DNA of 64,000 bases, from assembly GCA_963695855.1 (NCBI GenBank), contig CAVOHZ010000008.1:512001-576000 (forward strand). Reading direction: 5' to 3'. The position numbers and the translations under genes were made by a program. Source of the stretch: an uncultured Nitrososphaerales archaeon (GTDB taxonomy: Archaea; Thermoproteota; Nitrososphaeria; Nitrososphaerales; Nitrososphaeraceae). The notes beneath the pieces are model-generated. The model had not been told where the DNA came from. It did no database searches and saw nothing but the letters and a program-made list of their open reading frames with translations. Positions 23,501 through 33,619 of this stretch are shown here, piece by piece. The first letter of the stretch is position 1. Each line of letters opens with the position of its first letter.

Positions 23501-23615
23501 CATTGCCTCTACTTTGCTATATATAAATAGCTATGAGAAATTATATTCAAACTTGAATAATCTAGGATTATTTCAAATCAAATCTAAGGACCAAACTAAA
23601 AACAAGAAAAGGTAA
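20556..23615 (+). CDS. CopC-CopD fusion with YtkA-like domain and Vgb-like beta-propeller
   Basis: AYA|HPII..SSP and 'SAVDGHVVDG' (CopC); 'SHSAA', 'HGIAASIWIGGL' (CopD); repeated 'GNIWVAE/GDIWFAE' blades; C-terminal TM. Confidence 0.88.
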   Translation: MIIQYLKLSSIAFVILYCFLSLNAIHYFKDAYAHPIIIDSSPKQFQSLEESPDKVILFFSEAIELQYSQISVIDSEGNRVDDGKAEFYKGDTSTISTNIKKDLPEGTYTANTKVLSAVDGHVVDGSIVFSVGEGLTGIGEETIKPKGIFELISLDDSLSRVPGYVGQIMIIGAPLIFLWIQKPLSQFNHIRTQMNKVFVGVRKNLMKLIIISDLLVISSVFIMALLQASSIGGNIIDVFSTEFGQILVIRLTISIILLIVTLIFYNKYKRSYDILNTKALLLIIILGLAILFTNSLISHSAALKNSLPIFLDYFHGIAASIWIGGLVFLAFILIPKILQVKENELKFRIISIVVPRFSIIVLPILGSIIFTGPTLLWFIENNLFTTFSSLYGKILILKLSLAVVMIIFGGYHEFITSSKVRNILIKKIGGEEELMTTVSLSSSLRRFYILLRIESLVGIALLFVVSLMTNMVLPSGQFQSSGNNFATSQETNLIGNQVNSISANNEYLTDIYSNNQKIQVKLEPASLGENTITVSFIDLSSGQNDVDIQNTTLKLNQIEKKIGPIQLEMKHISNGVFSTTLPISTLGVWSFEIQGKTLKPNTPNTIGTFNLDIKPSLSDLEINLTEYPTPDKSLLLYPIYHQATNSIWAGDTSPGSGRVLEFSISDKTYKIHKIEGTNLITFSVFDPIESNILWYVDPTKDIIGRYDVTTNNTDEQHELPDIGIISGLAIDGEQNLWLSTMQDNSITEFDSKTKKFTKYEVPTENSKPTGLIFDKKNNYIWFAEALGKLAKIDVKTGYITEYPKNTTLISEDFSLSEPTALLLDPKTSNIYISDHEDNSIVLFNPIIESFKRYPLPHNDGLAFGMVFDIYGNIWVAEHVSDVLAILDPDSGKTTNIKIPKEGSFVQHLTTDSQGDIWFAEQRGGGLGKATIKFIPSNIQPSRTEYPPTSNNTTNQSDNNILPINIKKLEFYKIIGPLMIVVVIASTLLYINSYEKLYSNLNNLGLFQIKSKDQTKNKKR

Positions 23616-23834
23616 AAAATATACAGTTAGATCCAAGTATTGATCAATCATTATTATGACGTCGTTATAGTAGTAGTGGATGTATCAGGTAAATAATTTT
23701 ATCAAAAACATACCAGACTAATAAGATTAAACTATAAGAGAATAATATTTAAATTAAATTAGCATTAATATTAATAATTAATTTTATTAGATAATAAATG
23801 TAAGATTATAACAGGGATCTAATAGAATATCTAT

Positions 23835-24503
23835 ATGAAATTTCCTTTAGTTATTTTGACAATACTGGTATTTGGTATATTATTCAACCTTCAAACTAGT
23901 TTTGCACATACGGATGTTCATGTTGGCAATATAACTATAACTGCAGGTTGGGATGTTGAGCCACCATTACTCAACAACTTGGACAGTTTATTATTAATGT
24001 TTCATGATAATGATATTCCAGTAAGAAATGCTATGAAAGACTTAACTGTTAATGTACATTTTGGAGGAGTTACAAAAGAGGTTAATTTCTTACCTTCACA
24101 GGAAGCTGTAGGAACATATTTGTCACAAATAATTCCCACACAATTGGGTATTTATGAACTATCTATAGAAGGAAAAATAAAGGACCAGAATATTAAAACT
24201 AAAATTAACGTAGAGGATGTAGAAGATACAGGAAAATTGTCTTTCCCACCAGTAGAAAGTGCTGATATATCTCAAAATATAGGCAGTCAAATTAAACCTA
24301 TAATTACCGACATAAACAGACAGGTAGAAGCAAATAAAAATTCTAACAATGAGACTCGTCAATTGATTGGAGAATTGACAAATACAGTTAATGAAATGAA
24401 GATTGATTTAAATAAAATAGGATTGTTCTCCTTTGTTGGGGTTGCGATAGGATCAGCTGCTATTATATTATCATCTTGGAAAAAATTGAGAAGAAATAAT
24501 TGA
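23835..24503 (+). CDS. Secreted/membrane-anchored His1 protein, family C
   Basis: SFA|HTDVHVG...AGWDVEPP, coiled coil, C-terminal TM. Confidence 0.8.
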   Translation: MKFPLVILTILVFGILFNLQTSFAHTDVHVGNITITAGWDVEPPLLNNLDSLLLMFHDNDIPVRNAMKDLTVNVHFGGVTKEVNFLPSQEAVGTYLSQIIPTQLGIYELSIEGKIKDQNIKTKINVEDVEDTGKLSFPPVESADISQNIGSQIKPIITDINRQVEANKNSNNETRQLIGELTNTVNEMKIDLNKIGLFSFVGVAIGSAAIILSSWKKLRRNN

Positions 24504-24509
24504 TAATTT

Positions 24510-24990
24510 TTGAATCTATTCGCTCTTATTCCTAAATGTTTCATCTACTTCCAACAAATAATCTCCGTAATTCTTTCTTTTTCTCTCTTTGTTTTCTTGG
24601 TATGAATAAACTGGAATGCCTTTGAAATAGTTGTAAATTGTATTTGCTTATTACGCTGTATTCTCTTATCCAGATTTGATACAAATTACTTGACCATTTA
24701 CAGTTATTTACACGAATGGTGCCGTTTACATACTCTTTCCTTTTATGAATGAGTTACGCATCTTTATATGAAATCATGTCCCTCAAGCTCATACTATTCT
24801 GCCTATTCGTGGTCAAAAACAGTAAAACATATTTTAGGTTATGACAGATAATATCAAAAAATCGCTGTCACGCTGGAACACCAAATTGTCTGAGTACTTT
24901 GGGTCTTATGCATACATGTAATCATTGTTGGATGATCCGTGAAAAATATCGCTCTAACTCTCACGGGTTTTATTTCTTATTCCTAGATTT
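24510..24990 (-). pseudogene. Degenerate IS1595-family transposase remnant
   Basis: Broken minus-strand frames read 'THS..KEYVNGTIRVNNCK..NLYQIWIREYSVISKYNLQLF', resembling the ISXO2-type C-terminus. Confidence 0.6.
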
Positions 24991-25108
24991 TTTTTTCTGA
25001 TTTTTGTCAGTATAATATCTATTACTATCCAAAATGTATTACCTGATAGTAAAATAAAGTTAGTATATTTATGCTAATTATTATAATTTTATAAAATTCA
25101 TAAAGTTA

Positions 25109-25729
25109 CTAAGTTTTATTCAATTTAGTAATTTTAATAGAGTCCAGTATTTTTTCTGCTATGGGTAAAGAAGGAATATATGAATTTGCCTCAAAATTAT
25201 ACTTATATATTAATACAAGATCATTTGTCTTATCGATTGCGTACAAGTTTAACATACCTGTAGTATTCCCCAATGAATGTGAATGTCTAGACAAAATTCC
25301 TGATGCTTGATGTCCGTCTATCAAATATTTGTCGGAATGTTTTTCTACGAGTTGAAAAGTTGGATCGTTCTTTTGCATTTCAACCTCCAAGTGATCTATC
25401 AAGGCATCAGCATAAGAAGAATAAGACTTGAATAATGGAAAACCATACTTGCCATTAATATCATCAAGCGGTATAACGTTAAACGATATTCGTACATTTT
25501 CAGAAACATTTAGGTGCGATATCAAGACTTCATTATAGAAAGGAGGGTTTTTATTTTCCAACTTTTCAATTTTCCAGTCAGTTTCATTAGGAAATTCTAA
25601 GGTAAATAGACCATCAGGATCGTTATAATCAAGCCATTTGATACTTTCAAGATCTATGAAATGAATTGGGACTAAAGGAGACAAAAAAAATAATGGGAAA
25701 AATAAAGATACTAATTGTATTTTTACCAT
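25109..25729 (-). CDS. Secreted PsbP/Mog1-like protein
   Basis: Signal peptide; 'YNDPDGLFTLEFP..W', 'IDGHQA', 'LPIAEKILDSIKI'. Confidence 0.7.
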   Translation of the reverse strand: MVKIQLVSLFFPLFFLSPLVPIHFIDLESIKWLDYNDPDGLFTLEFPNETDWKIEKLENKNPPFYNEVLISHLNVSENVRISFNVIPLDDINGKYGFPLFKSYSSYADALIDHLEVEMQKNDPTFQLVEKHSDKYLIDGHQASGILSRHSHSLGNTTGMLNLYAIDKTNDLVLIYKYNFEANSYIPSLPIAEKILDSIKITKLNKT

Positions 25730-25886
25730 TTAAAATATTATTATTACTTCTCAATTTATCTGTATTTTTAAATATTATTGGTACTGATAGATATTGGTAT
25801 TGAGGCTACACTGTAGGTCAAAGATAGAATATTCATAGCTAAATGTATTTATTTAAATTTATACACGCGAAGATTAATCTATTGAA

Positions 25887-25905
25887 GTACATTCATCGAA
25901 TGTAC
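25887..25905 (+). promoter_or_regulatory. Perfect palindromic operator
   Basis: GTACATTC-ATC-GAATGTAC followed by CACAACG-TTATTAAC. Confidence 0.8.
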
Positions 25906-25976
25906 CACAACGTTATTAACACTTATCCCTGTCTATTAATTGAATACCTTTAACAAGGTTTCGAGTAGTTTCAATT

Positions 25977-26000
25977 CAGGTGACCGGTTTTGGTCACCTG
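25977..26000. other. GC-rich hairpin
   Basis: CAGGTGACC-ggtttt-GGTCACCTG, perfect 9-bp stem. Confidence 0.7.
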
Positions 26001-26672
26001 TATCTTCATTTTGTTTGTTAAAACACACATATTGAGATAAACTTGAATTGGAATTTATCTGAAATCCTATTCTTATTTGTTGGTTATATACACTAATAAA
26101 AAATTTATCCAATTCTACAAATGACAGACCATGTTTCATGTTCTTTTTCTTGGCAGGAAAATTATCATCAAAACTACATTTGGATCAGATTCTTTAAGAT
26201 AGGTAATATATTGTGTCTTTTGGATTCAGAAGGTATACTATTGGCGTAACAATACAAATTCGAGATTGTAAATAAATATCTTCAATATTTGAGGTCAAGT
26301 TCAGATAACATTCTCTCTTACAGGCATATTTCTTCTTAAATATTTATTTATACCAAGAATGGATTTATGAGCGAGATCTACAGCAATCAATAACCATCAA
26401 AATGATCTCCAATCTGAACCTCACTTGCATGGTTAATTAACAGAATGGATGTAAGGTTCTCCCCAGTTTTTCTATTTGTGATCTATTTGGTTTCCTTTTT
26501 TGAGAATATCTATATAAAAAGTGTTTTTTCAGAAAAATCTTAATTATATATAGAGTCAATACCGGAAAAAAAGGTTGATTAGTAAAAAACTTAACCCATT
26601 CAGTAGAAAATCACAATCATGGATAAAACTGTTTGGTTGACTCTAGATAGTAGATAGTAAATTCATGAAAAA

Positions 26673-27212
26673 TTAAAATTCTTCCATCATCTCAACATAA
26701 TCTTCTACAATGTCCGAATTGAAACTGTAATTGTATTTTTGTAAAGTATCCAGTAAAAAAGATTTATCAATCGAGAGTTCATAAATATTGTAATCTTTTT
26801 GTCTTCGTATCCTTATCATATTAGATTCTTTTAGTCTCATCAAATGCCATGAGACGGTTGAGGGAACCTTATTAGTGTAATCTACTATTTCATTGAAGCT
26901 ACACTGATCATGATCCGATATAAATAGCAGCACGCTTCTTGTACTTTTCTGTCTCAATATTGCTAAAATTTTGGACTCCTCATCAGATATGTCAATAGAA
27001 TAATATCTAGTTACTCTATTGTTAATTCTGTCAATTTTAACTTTGCCAGAATGATCCAATTTATTTAAATGATAAGTTAGAACACCGTTAGAAAGTCCAG
27101 TCAGTCTCATTAATTCCCTATATCTGACGCCTGGAAATTTAATAATATAATGAAATATCTTATGTTGAACTGAATTTTTTTCTTTCTTTGTTAGAGTAGA
27201 TTCTATAATCAT
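26673..27212 (-). CDS. Tandem winged-helix transcriptional regulator (ArsR/HVO_0163-like)
   Basis: Two wHTH units: 'PGVRYRELMRLTGLSNGVLTYHLNKL' and 'FNEIVDYTNKVPSTVSWHLMRL'. Confidence 0.88.
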   Translation of the reverse strand: MIIESTLTKKEKNSVQHKIFHYIIKFPGVRYRELMRLTGLSNGVLTYHLNKLDHSGKVKIDRINNRVTRYYSIDISDEESKILAILRQKSTRSVLLFISDHDQCSFNEIVDYTNKVPSTVSWHLMRLKESNMIRIRRQKDYNIYELSIDKSFLLDTLQKYNYSFNSDIVEDYVEMMEEF

Positions 27213-27619
27213 TTATTAGCACCTTTCATAAAACTTACCCCAAAAAAGATGACCATAATCAAGAGGATAACGTGAGAAAGCTCTATATTAACAGTCGGTA
27301 TAAACATTCCATAAATATTTTCAGTGGAACTCAGTAGGTACAAATATTCAACTGCTACTAGAGTTACAAATCCCAGAGTCATAAATAAGATCTTGATACT
27401 TTTGGTTCTAGCATATGCGAGGATAGAAACTATAGCGAGAAATTGTGATATTATCAATGATGCCAAGTGCATAGTGATGTGGTAGATCATATGTGTGTGG
27501 TAGAGGTGTGGTAAGATAGCTGGGACAGTTAAAATTGACAATACAACACTTGCGATCAATGCAAGTAGTTTAGGCTTATTATAAAATTTATCTGGATCAT
27601 TAAAATTCCTTAGCAACAT
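27209..27619 (-). CDS. His-rich 4-TM membrane protein coupled to the regulator
   Basis: 'PHLYHTHMIYHITMHL'; ATGA overlap with the wHTH gene at 27209-27212. Confidence 0.8.
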   Translation of the reverse strand: MLLRNFNDPDKFYNKPKLLALIASVVLSILTVPAILPHLYHTHMIYHITMHLASLIISQFLAIVSILAYARTKSIKILFMTLGFVTLVAVEYLYLLSSTENIYGMFIPTVNIELSHVILLIMVIFFGVSFMKGANK

Positions 27620-27653
27620 TATAAATAATCATCAAGAATTTAAATATATTATG

Positions 27654-27672
27654 GTACAAACTTGAAAAGAGT
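27654..27672 (-). promoter_or_regulatory. Weak operator half-site upstream of the regulator operon TATA
   Basis: Minus strand ...TTCAAGTTTGTAC-CATAATA-TATTTAAA, same 7-bp spacing, then ATG 27619. Confidence 0.45.
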
Positions 27673-27803
27673 AGATTGTATTTATCTATCTAATAAAATG
27701 TGTCAAGATCTTACTATAAGAAAAGGTAAAGGTAAATTTAACGATATTAATCTTCGAATGTTTTAGTATAAAGTTTAAAAGCATTAATTGTCAAGAAGAT
27801 TTA

Positions 27804-28379
27804 ATGGGAAAATATTTCACAAATAATATTTTAATATTTGTCATGGTAGCATTTGCGATAGGACTTTTAAATACAGTACCTATCTTTGCACAAGGAGGCA
27901 ATGGTACTATGACCAACACAACTACTACTACGGAAGAGCATGGTGAAGAGTACACTGAAGGAATTTCAGTCAGGGATACCGTTACTGTTTTGCTGCAGGA
28001 CCTAACATTACCAGCTCAAGATTTTATCCATCTCTATGATAGTACGCCTGATACGATATTAAAAGGTCATGTTGCAGTTAAAATACCATGTGAAGACAAC
28101 TCTGTTTCTCCAATTCAAGTCTTGATAGGATCTGCACCACAATTTGCTCCAGCTGAATTAGAAAATATAGCAAATCTATCTAAACCGGGAGATTTATGTT
28201 TATATCATGTTGATTTGATGCCCGGTGGAAATGTTTCTAAGATAACAGATATTGCCTTGAAGAATCCAACTGACGAGGACATAGAATTTCCACCTACATC
28301 AACAGTCGTAATCGGCGTTAATGAAATAGCCAAGGGAGAACATGAATCTGATGAAGCTACAGAAGCAGGACATACCTAG
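27804..28379 (+). CDS. Secreted His/Cys protein, family A paralog 2
   Basis: Signal peptide; RDTVT..IHLYDSTP..GHVAVKIPC..CLYHVDL..ITDIALKNP. Confidence 0.85.
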   Translation: MGKYFTNNILIFVMVAFAIGLLNTVPIFAQGGNGTMTNTTTTTEEHGEEYTEGISVRDTVTVLLQDLTLPAQDFIHLYDSTPDTILKGHVAVKIPCEDNSVSPIQVLIGSAPQFAPAELENIANLSKPGDLCLYHVDLMPGGNVSKITDIALKNPTDEDIEFPPTSTVVIGVNEIAKGEHESDEATEAGHT

Positions 28380-28645
28380 CCTATAAAAGACACATAACAC
28401 AATAAAAATCTAAGTTGAAGACATCTATTTTCTTTTTTTGAATTTGAAAAAGTGAACTAATATCAATATAACCAATAAATACCAAAGATGGAATAGACCT
28501 AAGAATTTGTAACAATAAAACAATTCATTTCCAGAGATTGGATTGATTTGATTTTTGCATCGCCAATATTAGAACTATAATAAGGAGAAAGTTGTTTGAG
28601 ACAACTGATACCTTGGAAGATCATATAGATGATTATGTTAACTTA

Positions 28646-29577
28646 GAACCTATCCCAAAATTATCCTCCTGTAGATAATAATGCTACTTGCCAATTTTAC
28701 AAGACCCAGATAGTTCTCCTCTTCCTTCTTTTCATATCTTGTAAATAACTTCCTGAATCTATTATGCCATGAATTTGTTCTCTCTACAACCCATCTTCTT
28801 ACTGCTGGATGTTTTCTATGAAATACCCTTTCTTCTCCTCTTCTGTGTCGCATATGTGGAATAGAATATATCCTCTCTCTCTTGATGATTTCTTGTTCTA
28901 TTTCTTTGGAATGATATGCTTTATCAACGCACAGGTTCTGTTTCTGTTTATTGCTTTGGTTTGGATGATGATGATCTTTTGATAACCATGCTGTCAACTG
29001 TTTCAATTGCAACAGTGACATCATTGTGAGTATTTGCAGATGTTATAATAGCAGATAGTGGAATACCATCTTTCTTTATCTGTAAAAATGTGTCTTTTAC
29101 TACCTAATTTACTTCTATTAGCAGTGGGATTATGACCAGCAGTCATCGCCCCCCTAAAGGTGATTTTACTGATATCCTATCAAGAAGTGATTGCCATGAC
29201 CATTTGATTCCTCTTTTTTTATGATCGTATATTTTTAACAAATCTGGTCCATAGTTAGTCTATCAAAAATACCAGACTGCCTCCGTTCATGAAATCTTCT
29301 ATGGCATGTTGAACCAGAACCATATTCTCCTGGTAACATTTTCCACTGAGATTCAGTGCTCAGGATAAACATTATACCATCAAATACTTTTCTGTATGGA
29401 ACAATTGGACGACCTATAGTGTTCTCCGGTTTCTCATCTGGTAAAATATCTTCAATTTCATTCCAAAGATCATCTGGAATGCGTATGATTGTTCGAACAT
29501 ACTTTTTATTCTTAAGCATTATCAGATATGATAAGAAACCAATGAGCTATATTCCTATCTATTTTTGGGATAGACTC
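28646..29577 (-). mobile_element. IS5-family element (IS427/IS1031-like), frameshifted transposase, copy 1
   Basis: TIR GAACCTATCCCAAAA / TTTTGGGATAGACTC; TTA on both flanks; ORFs with 'W..LP.EYGSGSTCHRRF', 'DKAY', 'RWVVERTNSW'. Confidence 0.92.
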
Positions 29578-30036
29578 TTAATTACATATTGATATTGAGG
29601 GTCATAGTTTTGTGTCACATATGTATTAATTACAAAAGTAGATTTCTTTTGAAAATATACTTAATTTAATAGGGTTCATCTCGGCTTGGTGCTATTTATT
29701 AAATAGCTTCAATATTTTTCAAATAATATTAATAAATATGTTACTAATTCTATTGTGTAATAAGGAATAAATGGGGCAGGCAAAAGTTACAAGGATTCAG
29801 TACTCTTTATAACTAAATTGTGTGGGATTTGAACTCTAAAAGGAATTAATTACTTTTATAACATCCAAAAGAAGATATTTTAGTAAATCCTATGATAAAG
29901 AAGTCTTAAAAAATGTACATTCCATCAATTATCTCTGTTGTCAATAGATAATTATTTCAAATTAAATTTATAAACATGTTAAATAAATTTATAATATTTT
30001 TCATCTCTGTATGATCAAAATATTTATTAATATTAT

Positions 30037-30564
30037 ATGGAAATCGGATTTATGAAATTAAGTTTTACAATCATAACAATTTTTACTATGGCCATTTTAC
30101 TAAATACTGTTATTCCATCATCATTGTCAGATGCTCAGAATTTTACTAATATAGATAACAAATTAACTATGAAAGAGATAGAATGTCAGAGCAAAGAACA
30201 TTTTGACTTTCACATACATACAAAACTTACTATAATGATTGATAATCAACTTTATCCTATACCTGCTAATATAGGAATTATTCCAGAAAAATGTATTTAT
30301 TGGATACATACACATGATAATAGCGGGTTAATACATATAGAATCTCCTATCGAAAGAAACTTTACTTTGGGACAATTCTTACAGATATGGAAGTTATTTG
30401 ATAAATCAGATATTGTTCATGATATTGCTGATAATAAAATTAATGGAATTATTAGGATATATTTTAACTATAATCATAGTAATACTTCAGTTGTAAATGA
30501 TTATAGAAATTTAGTTTTAAAAGATCAGGATAAAATTTTAATGAATATAACTACTACTTACTAA
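30037..30564 (+). CDS. Secreted His-motif hypothetical protein
   Basis: Signal peptide; 'FHIHTKL...IPANIG...CIYWIHTHDNSGLIHIESP'. Confidence 0.8.
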   Translation: MEIGFMKLSFTIITIFTMAILLNTVIPSSLSDAQNFTNIDNKLTMKEIECQSKEHFDFHIHTKLTIMIDNQLYPIPANIGIIPEKCIYWIHTHDNSGLIHIESPIERNFTLGQFLQIWKLFDKSDIVHDIADNKINGIIRIYFNYNHSNTSVVNDYRNLVLKDQDKILMNITTTY

Positions 30565-30910
30565 TTTAGGAAAGATCATCAATATTTTTGAAATTTAAAT
30601 ATGTTAAAAGCTTATTCTTTATAATGGTTAAATTGGTGTGAAAAAGAAATTAAGTTTAACAACATTTTTGTATTCTTCTCAGTATGATGTGAAACAAATT
30701 TGATCTAGAGAGAGGATTTAGCAACTCATGCAAGTAAATTTATTTGAATATCTCTAAATTTTTTATGGAAATACTATTTTTAGAAAAAATTTACTTCTGT
30801 TTTAAAAAATTTCTTAGATGTTATTGATATAAGTTTTTAGTATTGATTGTATTGCAGTATCTTTTTTTCCTTCTTATGATCTACAAAAAATTGATAAAAA
30901 GTTATTTTAA

Positions 30911-31371
30911 TTATTTTACAGTAAATTCAAATTTAACATATTCTGGATTTATAGGAATAAAGTTTATTCCAAGCACAGGTATATTGATTGAATATTATCC
31001 TGGTGAGGAAAAGGTAAATGGATAGTAACAGAACCTTCAGCTGTATGAAGAAGTGGTTGGCTAATTTGTTTTGCAGCAGAAAATATTTCTTCTCCATTAT
31101 TTAATATTTGAAAATCATAATCAACATGAACTTGAATATTATCTGTACCTGGTTCAAGATAATTAATCTTAAATTTAACTTCATTGATATCAATAGCTTG
31201 AGAAGGAGAAATATTCACATCTAAGGATCCACCATTAGTAGATTGAAACGATTTCGGATCTGTAATTGCAAAAGAATCTACAAAAGATGTACCTCCTATG
31301 AAGGTAATTGTTAAAAATAATTCCAATATTACAAAACATTTTGAATATTTTTGTGTCATAGTATAGTACAA
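30911..31371 (-). pseudogene. Frameshifted secreted protein (QxHVDY...PLLHTAEG domain)
   Basis: After 'HTAEGSVTI' another frame continues 'FTFSSPG*YSINIPVLGINFIPINPEYVKFEFTVK*'. Confidence 0.65.
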
Positions 31372-31685
31372 TAGAATATATATGTATTTATTTATCTTGC
31401 TATTAATAAAAATAATAAGATAATCGTTGATACATTGATATCCATCAAATTGATACCTAAAATTATCTTCTTAGTTTAAAATTTACAAATTTTAATCCTG
31501 AATAGGTGAGAGGTCTCAAGCGATAAACTTAATTTTCCATATTTGAAAATATTAATGTTTCTAACATATAGAATTATAAACTTATCAAGCTATATCACAT
31601 CTTCACAATCATCTAATTATTTTTAAAGATGGCATTAGATTTAGTTATATTTCTATCTGTCTATTCTAATATTAGCATTTGCTAT

Positions 31686-32789
31686 TTAACTACATGCATA
31701 ATTTGCTCTAAAGTGAACATTTCCGCTATCACTTATGTAAATATTACCATTTGGATCAATTGTTATATCATGAGGTATCAGAAATTGATCATCCTTACAT
31801 CCAAGCGAGCCCCACATTGTTATAAAATTACCATTACTGTCAAATTTCTGTATCCTTACATTTCTTGTATCAACGACGTAAACCTTTCCCTGTTTATCCA
31901 CTGCAATACCATGATCTTCAATAAATTGCCCTTTGTCACTCCCTCTAGAACCCCACATTGTTATAAAATTACCATTACTATCAAATTTTTCTACTCTTGA
32001 ATTGTCCCTACCATCAGTTACATATACGTTATCTTTTGAATCTAAGGCAATATCATGAATATGAACAAATTGCCCTGGTTGCGATCCATATGAACCCCAT
32101 TTTTTTATGAATTTGCCATTGTTTTCAAACTTTTGTATTACAGGATTTGCTTGATCTCCAACATAAACATAGCCTTTAAAATCGACCCCTATTCCCCATG
32201 GTTTCATGAATTGATTTGTTCCATTTCCTTTAGATCCCCACATTGTAATAAAGTTACCATTACTATCGAATTTTTGAACATGCGAAGTACCGTAATCAAC
32301 CACAAACACATTATCATTTTTATCTATGGCAATACTTTCTGGTTGTATAAATTCACCTGGACCATTGCCCATTTTACCAAATGCTAGCAAAAAATTTCCT
32401 TTACTATCAAACTTTTGGATATTACACAATACAGCATCACTTACATAGATGTTTCCATGAGAATTAGATCCAATTCCATGAGGATGTAAAAATTCTCCTT
32501 TGCCTGTTCCTTTGAGCCCCCAATTACTAATTAGAACACCATTAGAATTGAATTTTTTAATATGATGAAAATTTTCTATTGATAAAGGATCATTTTGAAA
32601 GTTAGAATTTGAAATTGCATTCTTTACTATCTTCCCATTTTTACAATTTTGGATTTCATTTATATCACCTGGAAAATCTGAATATACTGACACATAAGCA
32701 ATATTATTTCCTATAATGTATACAATAATAAGAGATGTTACTAAGATTAGATTATTATTATTAAAAATCTTTTCTATCATATTTTTCAA
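31686..32789 (-). CDS. Secreted NHL-repeat beta-propeller protein
   Basis: About six repeats of 'QKFDSNGNFITMWGS.G...GQF..P.GIAVD..G.VYV.D'. Confidence 0.92.
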   Translation of the reverse strand: MKNMIEKIFNNNNLILVTSLIIVYIIGNNIAYVSVYSDFPGDINEIQNCKNGKIVKNAISNSNFQNDPLSIENFHHIKKFNSNGVLISNWGLKGTGKGEFLHPHGIGSNSHGNIYVSDAVLCNIQKFDSKGNFLLAFGKMGNGPGEFIQPESIAIDKNDNVFVVDYGTSHVQKFDSNGNFITMWGSKGNGTNQFMKPWGIGVDFKGYVYVGDQANPVIQKFENNGKFIKKWGSYGSQPGQFVHIHDIALDSKDNVYVTDGRDNSRVEKFDSNGNFITMWGSRGSDKGQFIEDHGIAVDKQGKVYVVDTRNVRIQKFDSNGNFITMWGSLGCKDDQFLIPHDITIDPNGNIYISDSGNVHFRANYACS

Positions 32790-32852
32790 AATCTATACAC
32801 CAAACCTATCAATAAAGATATTCATAAAATAGAATACAAAAATAGAACATCA

Positions 32853-33359
32853 TTATACAACTATACCTCCATGCATTGTTGTTGGATGATACTTACAATG
32901 ATATTGATATTTTCCATTATTAGTAAATTTAAAATGAATATCATCAGTTCCACCATTTGAAATTGTTGTTGATTTTGCTAATTGCTTCCCATTTTCATCT
33001 TGAATAATTAGTTGATAAGAATTGTTGTTATCCCTATTGTCTATTTGAAAAGTATAATCGTTTCTCGATTTTAGATCGAGTTGGCGATTGACTTGACTAT
33101 TACCAGACGTCCATACATAATTGTTGTGTCGTTCTGATGCTTTCAAATCTATTATATTTGAATCTGTTATAGAAGATGCAAGTTGTGCATTTGTTATATT
33201 TTTTTCTAATATATCGATAATTAAGTTTCCTTTAAGATTAAAAAACATTTTAAATAATCTAATAAAACTTAATAATACAAATAAGAGTATATTGATATTT
33301 CTAGTAGGAAATAGAAAGAGTACTGTTCCTTTATCTTTTTTATTTCTACTTTGTTCCAA
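32853..33359 (-). CDS. Cupredoxin-domain (blue copper-like) protein, N-terminus possibly degraded
   Basis: C-terminal 'GKYQYHCKYHPTTMHGGIVV' C-x2-H-x3-M motif; upstream His ligand not evident. Confidence 0.7.
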   Translation of the reverse strand: MEQSRNKKDKGTVLFLFPTRNINILLFVLLSFIRLFKMFFNLKGNLIIDILEKNITNAQLASSITDSNIIDLKASERHNNYVWTSGNSQVNRQLDLKSRNDYTFQIDNRDNNNSYQLIIQDENGKQLAKSTTISNGGTDDIHFKFTNNGKYQYHCKYHPTTMHGGIVV

Positions 33360-33619
33360 TTATATACTTTTTATGTTCCAAATAATTATATAAGTTATAG
33401 TAAACCTAGTTAACATATTATACTAACCAACAAAAGTTCGTTTACATATTTTTCTTAATATGTGAGGTTTACTACACTTAAAAAATCCATTTTCTGGGTT
33501 TTAAAAGATATACTAAATTATGTTAGGCAGTATAGAACTGTCAATCTATGCATTTACATGACTGATAACATAGTTCACTCAACTTTATTAATTCGGATTA
33601 GGTATAGTTAACTGGGTAT

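Noticed and set aside
29822-29836. gtgggatttgaactc, reverse complement of a tRNA T-arm-like sequence
   Set aside because: No acceptor stem or remaining cloverleaf; too short to support a call
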